A DNA stretch of 64,000 nucleotides from a virus (Duplodnaviria; Caudoviricetes), in IMG/VR virus record IMGVR_UViG_3300030376_004602, positions 19,268 through 83,267 of that record. The stretch is one strand, 5' to 3'. The translations under genes were made by a program, and so were the position numbers. The notes under the pieces were generated by a model. It was not told the origin of the DNA. It was given only the letters and a program-made list of their open reading frames with translations, and searched no databases. Positions within the stretch are counted from its first letter, which is position 1. Every line of letters starts with the position of its first letter. Below are positions 60,136 to 64,000 of the stretch, piece by piece.

Positions 60136-61440
60136 ATGGCATTTATGAGAGACGCCAACAATTTAAACTGGGCGTTCGTTTGCGCACGTAACCAAGCTGC
60201 TAAAACAGGAACGGTTGATGCAGCTGGCGACCTTTTGGAAGACCAAGTAGTAGTACTTAACGAAGCTAACGCTATCGTTACAGGTGCTCTTACTGCAGGT
60301 ACTCAGTTTAAACTTGCTCAAAACTACGGAGGAGAATTAATTATCTCCCCACTATTTACATTCCAGTCTGCTACGGGTGATAACTATGCTGCCCCAGCAG
60401 AACAGGTAACTACTATTGGTTCTAACGGAACTACAGAAGTATTTTTAGATCCTGCTATTACAGACACTACTGCAGTTGCTACTGTAGGAGATAGCTACTA
60501 CATTCTTATTGAAAAAGAAGATAATGATGAAGCTAACCGTTCAGGCTATGAACCAGCTATTACAGCTCAAGCTAAACTAACTAACCCTAACGGCATCACA
60601 GATGGTGGAGAAATGAACATCAGACTAGCAGAGTTGCTAGCTGAGTCTCTTCGTGCTAATGATGCTTTGGAAGCAGCTAAGCCTGCTGCAAGAGGTCCTA
60701 AGTACCTACAGGTAAAAGTAAAAGTAGTTGCTTCAGGCGCTACTGCTGCTGGTGAAGCTGTTGCAGTAACTCACGGCTCTAAGACTATTACTTTCGCTAA
60801 CAGTGGATCTTCACTAGATGGGTCTGTTGTTGCTGGGTCTTACCTATCAATCGCAGGCGATATTTATAGAATGGCTACAGACCACGCTTCGGGAGTAGTT
60901 ACTCTAGATCGTCCTTTTGCAGGTACTACTAATGCTGCAGTTGCTTCTGGAACAGGTGCTGCTCAAGTATTTGCTCTAACAGCTGCTGAAGCCCAAGGGT
61001 GTACAGGTGTTGGTCTAGAAATTACAGGTGTTGCACAACATAGCTTCGATGTAACAAGAGAACGTTTATACGGGGTATCTCGTTTTAATGTTCGTTTTGC
61101 TAAAGATGGCGAAAATGTAGGCGGAACTATTGCAACCGGTACTTTACCTAGTAATGGTGTTGGAGACTACAAGCAAGTTTTGACCGACGTTTACAACTCT
61201 ATGGGTAACCAAGGACAACGTTGGGTATCTGATACTCCAGCTGTAGAAAGAAAGGCTCCTGCTTTTGTAAACTCTAGCGCTGCTGGGTTTGGAGTTATTA
61301 CTGTTTCAGTTGAGGCTGATAAGAAAACTTTGCTTAGTAGCTCAACTGCTAAACAAACTATCCGAGTTTACCTTGAATATGCTATTGCTGGTGCAGGTAC
61401 TGCACAGTTACAGACTGTATTCGGTACTTCTATTAGTTAA
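60136..61440 (+). CDS. Structural protein, auxiliary-capsid-like (434 aa)
   Basis: A/G/T-rich beta protein with strong-expression codon use, followed by a terminator. Confidence 0.6.
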   Translation: MAFMRDANNLNWAFVCARNQAAKTGTVDAAGDLLEDQVVVLNEANAIVTGALTAGTQFKLAQNYGGELIISPLFTFQSATGDNYAAPAEQVTTIGSNGTTEVFLDPAITDTTAVATVGDSYYILIEKEDNDEANRSGYEPAITAQAKLTNPNGITDGGEMNIRLAELLAESLRANDALEAAKPAARGPKYLQVKVKVVASGATAAGEAVAVTHGSKTITFANSGSSLDGSVVAGSYLSIAGDIYRMATDHASGVVTLDRPFAGTTNAAVASGTGAAQVFALTAAEAQGCTGVGLEITGVAQHSFDVTRERLYGVSRFNVRFAKDGENVGGTIATGTLPSNGVGDYKQVLTDVYNSMGNQGQRWVSDTPAVERKAPAFVNSSAAGFGVITVSVEADKKTLLSSSTAKQTIRVYLEYAIAGAGTAQLQTVFGTSIS

Positions 61441-61445
61441 GACCT

Positions 61446-61518
61446 TGAGATAGAAATATCTCATGCTCTAGCTCTTTTGTTTAATGGAGGGGGGAGGTAT
61501 CCCCTTCCCCTTCTTTTT
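61446..61518 (+). terminator. GAAA-loop hairpin plus G/C-rich terminator
   Basis: TGAGATA-GAAA-TATCTCA (61446-61463), then a G-run/C-run stem and TTCTTTTT. Confidence 0.65.
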
Positions 61519-61529
61519 ACCTTTAACCC

Positions 61530-61907
61530 ATGAGTTCAAATAAAAAAAACATACCAACAAACCATCAAGTAATTGATAGAGGTCTACAGAATGATCAAGT
61601 AAAAAAAGCAGATACAGCTCTTGGTCAACTTGGTAACACTTTTGTAGATTCTACAGGTGCAGTAACTCCTCCAACAGGAAAAGTATTCGTAGCGCTATCA
61701 TTCTTAGCAGACACTAGCCTTTCAGCTCTAGTAGCAGAAAACACAACTTTTTGTTCTACCTCAGCAGGTGGTTCTGGTTCAGGCGGAGACGCTATTGCAG
61801 CTGCACAAGTATTCCCAAAAGGATTTACTCTGTACGGAAGATTTACCTCATTCACTCTTAACGCAGCAGACGCCGATGGTGGAGTCGTAGCTTACGTAGG
61901 AGAATAA
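61530..61907 (+). CDS. Small virion accessory protein, paralog 1
   Basis: FVALSFLAD...FPKGFTLYGRFTSFTL...VVAY, similar to the next ORF. Confidence 0.65.
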   Translation: MSSNKKNIPTNHQVIDRGLQNDQVKKADTALGQLGNTFVDSTGAVTPPTGKVFVALSFLADTSLSALVAENTTFCSTSAGGSGSGGDAIAAAQVFPKGFTLYGRFTSFTLNAADADGGVVAYVGE

Positions 61908-61917
61908 AAAATATACT

Positions 61918-62211
61918 ATGTCAAGAATTAGAGACTTTTTTCTAGGAGAAATCAGCAAGTCCCACAATCAGTCTTTAGGACAGTGTGGTTCTATTATTAT
62001 TGATGATACTAACGAACATACAGGTCCTTTTGTAGCTATTACAGCTATTGGAGCTGCAGATGCTGTTATCGACACATCCGAGTGTAACCTAGGATCTTTA
62101 GAAGATCAACCAGCTACTATTACAATCCCAGAAGGGGTAACAATCTTTGGAGACTTTGCATCTATCGAGCTAGACTCAGGAGTTATTATCGCTTATAGAA
62201 AATGTAACTAG
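61918..62211 (+). CDS. Small virion accessory protein, paralog 2
   Basis: FVAITAIG...IPEGVTIFGDFASIEL...IIAY. Confidence 0.65.
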   Translation: MSRIRDFFLGEISKSHNQSLGQCGSIIIDDTNEHTGPFVAITAIGAADAVIDTSECNLGSLEDQPATITIPEGVTIFGDFASIELDSGVIIAYRKCN

Positions 62212-62214
62212 GCT

Positions 62215-62739
62215 ATGTTGAGAATGGGCGCTAGTGCACAAAAGGTTACTGGTAGGAAAGGTAAACAAAGACGAAGAATTACATACCTATACGAATCTAA
62301 CTTCGCAGGAAGTGTTGATAACTGGCTCGAACTTTCAGGTGTTCTTAGTTTAGATCATAGTCAGTCTGTTGGTGGGGAAAGCAATGCCTTAAAGATTACA
62401 GCTGAAGCTGCTACTGGTAAAGCAGTACAAACTTTAATAAGAAACATAGCATCTCTTTCTTCTGGAGATATTGTAGCTGGAAATGACTATGAAATTAGCT
62501 TTAAATACTACATTGACTCAGCTAACGATGAAATTTTTTATGTAGATAGAGTTAGTCTAGGAGGCAGAGCTACCACTGTAGACACAGGCGCTGTATCTAC
62601 AGATACTTGGCTTAGTAGATCTGTAACATTTACTGCGGGCGCAACAGCAGACGACATTATTATTATTATGAATGAGGACCACGAATCTGGGACTGTAGAC
62701 CAAGTTTATTTAAAAGACATAAAAGTTAGACAAGTTTAA
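62215..62739 (+). CDS. Carbohydrate-binding-module-like beta-sandwich protein
   Basis: ALKI, GNDYEISFKYYI, DTWL and VYLKDIKV follow a CBM4/9-like pattern. Confidence 0.55.
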   Translation: MLRMGASAQKVTGRKGKQRRRITYLYESNFAGSVDNWLELSGVLSLDHSQSVGGESNALKITAEAATGKAVQTLIRNIASLSSGDIVAGNDYEISFKYYIDSANDEIFYVDRVSLGGRATTVDTGAVSTDTWLSRSVTFTAGATADDIIIIMNEDHESGTVDQVYLKDIKVRQV

Positions 62740-62741
62740 TT

Positions 62742-63314
62742 ATGCAATTAGGATTAGGGCCAACCAGAGTACACCAAGATATGCAGGACTACTGTGTACC
62801 ATTAGAGGACGAGTTCGATTTTGGTAGCTTTACAAATTCAGACGTTAGCAGCTCTATAGTTGATGCATCTGGAGCAAATATAAGTTTTACAGTTACAGGT
62901 GGTCATGACTCTATTGGAGGATTAAATGATAACCTAAAAGTTGTAGTTAATCTTCCAGATCCAAGTCTACAGACTGCCGATCATCAGCCTATAAGAGGAA
63001 CAGATAGTGAGATAGCAGTAGCAACTGTAGGCTGTCGTTATCAGCTAGATCTTAAAGTATTCTTTCCTACAGGTAATACACTGACAGGCATTTACCGCTG
63101 CCGTCTTAATGGAGGAGATCTTGTATTAGCATCAGGAGCTGGTTTCGCTCTTAATACTTGGCATACTATTACTGGAATTAATTTAGTTGCTGGAAACACT
63201 CCTGGAGATGGGCTAGAGATTGGAATTGTCCCTGGTGATATCGCCTCTCGCAGTGAATTTGCTAATTCCGATATAGTATATTTTAACGAAATTACAGTAA
63301 AGAACATTACTTAA
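62742..63314 (+). CDS. CBM-like beta-sandwich protein, paralog of the previous gene
   Basis: NLKV, GCRYQLDLKVFF, NTWH and VYFNEITV. N-terminal MQLGLG. Confidence 0.55.
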   Translation: MQLGLGPTRVHQDMQDYCVPLEDEFDFGSFTNSDVSSSIVDASGANISFTVTGGHDSIGGLNDNLKVVVNLPDPSLQTADHQPIRGTDSEIAVATVGCRYQLDLKVFFPTGNTLTGIYRCRLNGGDLVLASGAGFALNTWHTITGINLVAGNTPGDGLEIGIVPGDIASRSEFANSDIVYFNEITVKNIT

Positions 63315-63323
63315 AATTTAATT

Positions 63324-63533
63324 ATGGACATGATAAGCATATATGAGGCAATAGTTCTAGTGGGGGGCCTCATAGGAGTATATGTAAAACTCCACACTGA
63401 AGTAGGTAAACTTAAAAGTAGAGTCCACGTTCTTGAACAAAGCAAGAACGACGTTACAGAGATGCTACAAAAGTTATCTGACGATATACAAGAAATCAAG
63501 CTTTTATTAGCTAGAAAACAAATAGACCAATGA
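63324..63533 (+). CDS. Small membrane protein with coiled coil (holin/XhlA-like)
   Basis: N-terminal hydrophobic helix followed by a heptad pattern. Confidence 0.55.
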   Translation: MDMISIYEAIVLVGGLIGVYVKLHTEVGKLKSRVHVLEQSKNDVTEMLQKLSDDIQEIKLLLARKQIDQ

Positions 63534-63745
63534 ACTGGATAATAATCACACTAATAGGAGTACTAGCACTAGCTGCTATTTACTTCGTATCTCTACATCT
63601 ACAAAAGATTGTAGACAAAGACAAAGACTTAATTCCTGACGCTGTCGAAGATGCTGCTAAAGAAATTGCAGAAAGAGTTGACGCTGTAGCTGAAGAAATC
63701 GCAGAAGCTATCGATGCCGCTAAGGGTAAAAAGAAAAAGAAATGA
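63530..63745 (+). CDS. Small single-pass membrane protein
   Basis: N-terminal TM helix, DKDKDLIPD, acidic helix and basic tail. Confidence 0.6.
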   Translation: MNWIIITLIGVLALAAIYFVSLHLQKIVDKDKDLIPDAVEDAAKEIAERVDAVAEEIAEAIDAAKGKKKKK

Positions 63746-63894
63746 AAATAAAAGCTCCAAAAGGATACCACTGGATGAAAGCCGGTAAAGGAACTCCTAA
63801 ACTCATGAAAAATCCTCCAGGAGGATACAAGCCGCACAAAGGTGCTAGTTTAAGTTTTAACTTTCCAATTCAGAAAGTTCACAAGAAAAAGTAA
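63742..63894 (+). CDS. Small basic protein (50 aa, MKIKAPKGYHWMK...)
   Basis: ATGA- and TAATG-coupled on both sides. Not in the ORF track. Confidence 0.65.
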   Translation: MKIKAPKGYHWMKAGKGTPKLMKNPPGGYKPHKGASLSFNFPIQKVHKKK

Positions 63895-64000
63895 TGAAGG
63901 ATTCTCTATTTGTATTTCAGAATGGTACTATAGACTCCAACTCTGTTACAGAGCATGCTTCAGGTACAAACTTAGATTTTTTTGCAGTACCAACAAGCAG
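63894..64000 (+). CDS. 3'-truncated ORF (MKDSLFVFQNG...)
   Basis: Coupled start, open to the window edge. Confidence 0.55.
   Translation, partial: MKDSLFVFQNGTIDSNSVTEHASGTNLDFFAVPTS

Noticed and set aside
1-64000. Stop-codon reassignment (TAG or TGA), known in some crAss-like phages
   Set aside because: Genes up to 5145 codons and all core enzymes are intact under the standard code, and both TAG and TGA end genes. No suppressor tRNA was seen.

Overview
64 kb of an AT-rich lytic phage genome with crAss-like (Crassvirales-type) organisation. It uses the standard genetic code, and Bacteroidota-type TAnnTTTG promoters point to a Bacteroidota host. Three blocks: (1) 1-24.3 kb, + strand: ejection/cargo genes around a 5145-aa virion RNA polymerase (RxP and DFDID motifs); (2) 24.3-48.8 kb, mostly - strand: holin-like and LamG genes, a replication/repair module (Ung, PD-(D/E)XK nuclease, RusA-like, rIIA/rIIB, primase, SSB-like, AAA ATPase, DnaB, SF2 helicase, PolA, MazG) and an accessory region of small ORFs; (3) 49.0-64 kb, + strand: IHF-like, TerL, portal, scaffold-like, major capsid and head accessory genes. 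Most notable observations: (a) a G_GGA_AAT slippery heptamer directly before the stop of a 1014-aa cargo gene, whose -1 frame runs through an acidic linker into a CHAP/TIGR02594-like cell-wall peptidase; (b) the RNA polymerase polyprotein carries extra modules (NADAR, zincin, MenT/AbiEii-like nucleotidyltransferase, one unknown domain); (c) about 1.3 kb of non-coding, densely base-paired sequence at 45.1-47.0 kb that looks like an array of structured RNAs; (d) two intergenic hairpins with different stems but near-identical 11-nt loops. All protein calls come from motif recognition by eye and all RNA pairings were traced by hand. No HMM, BLAST or folding program was run.
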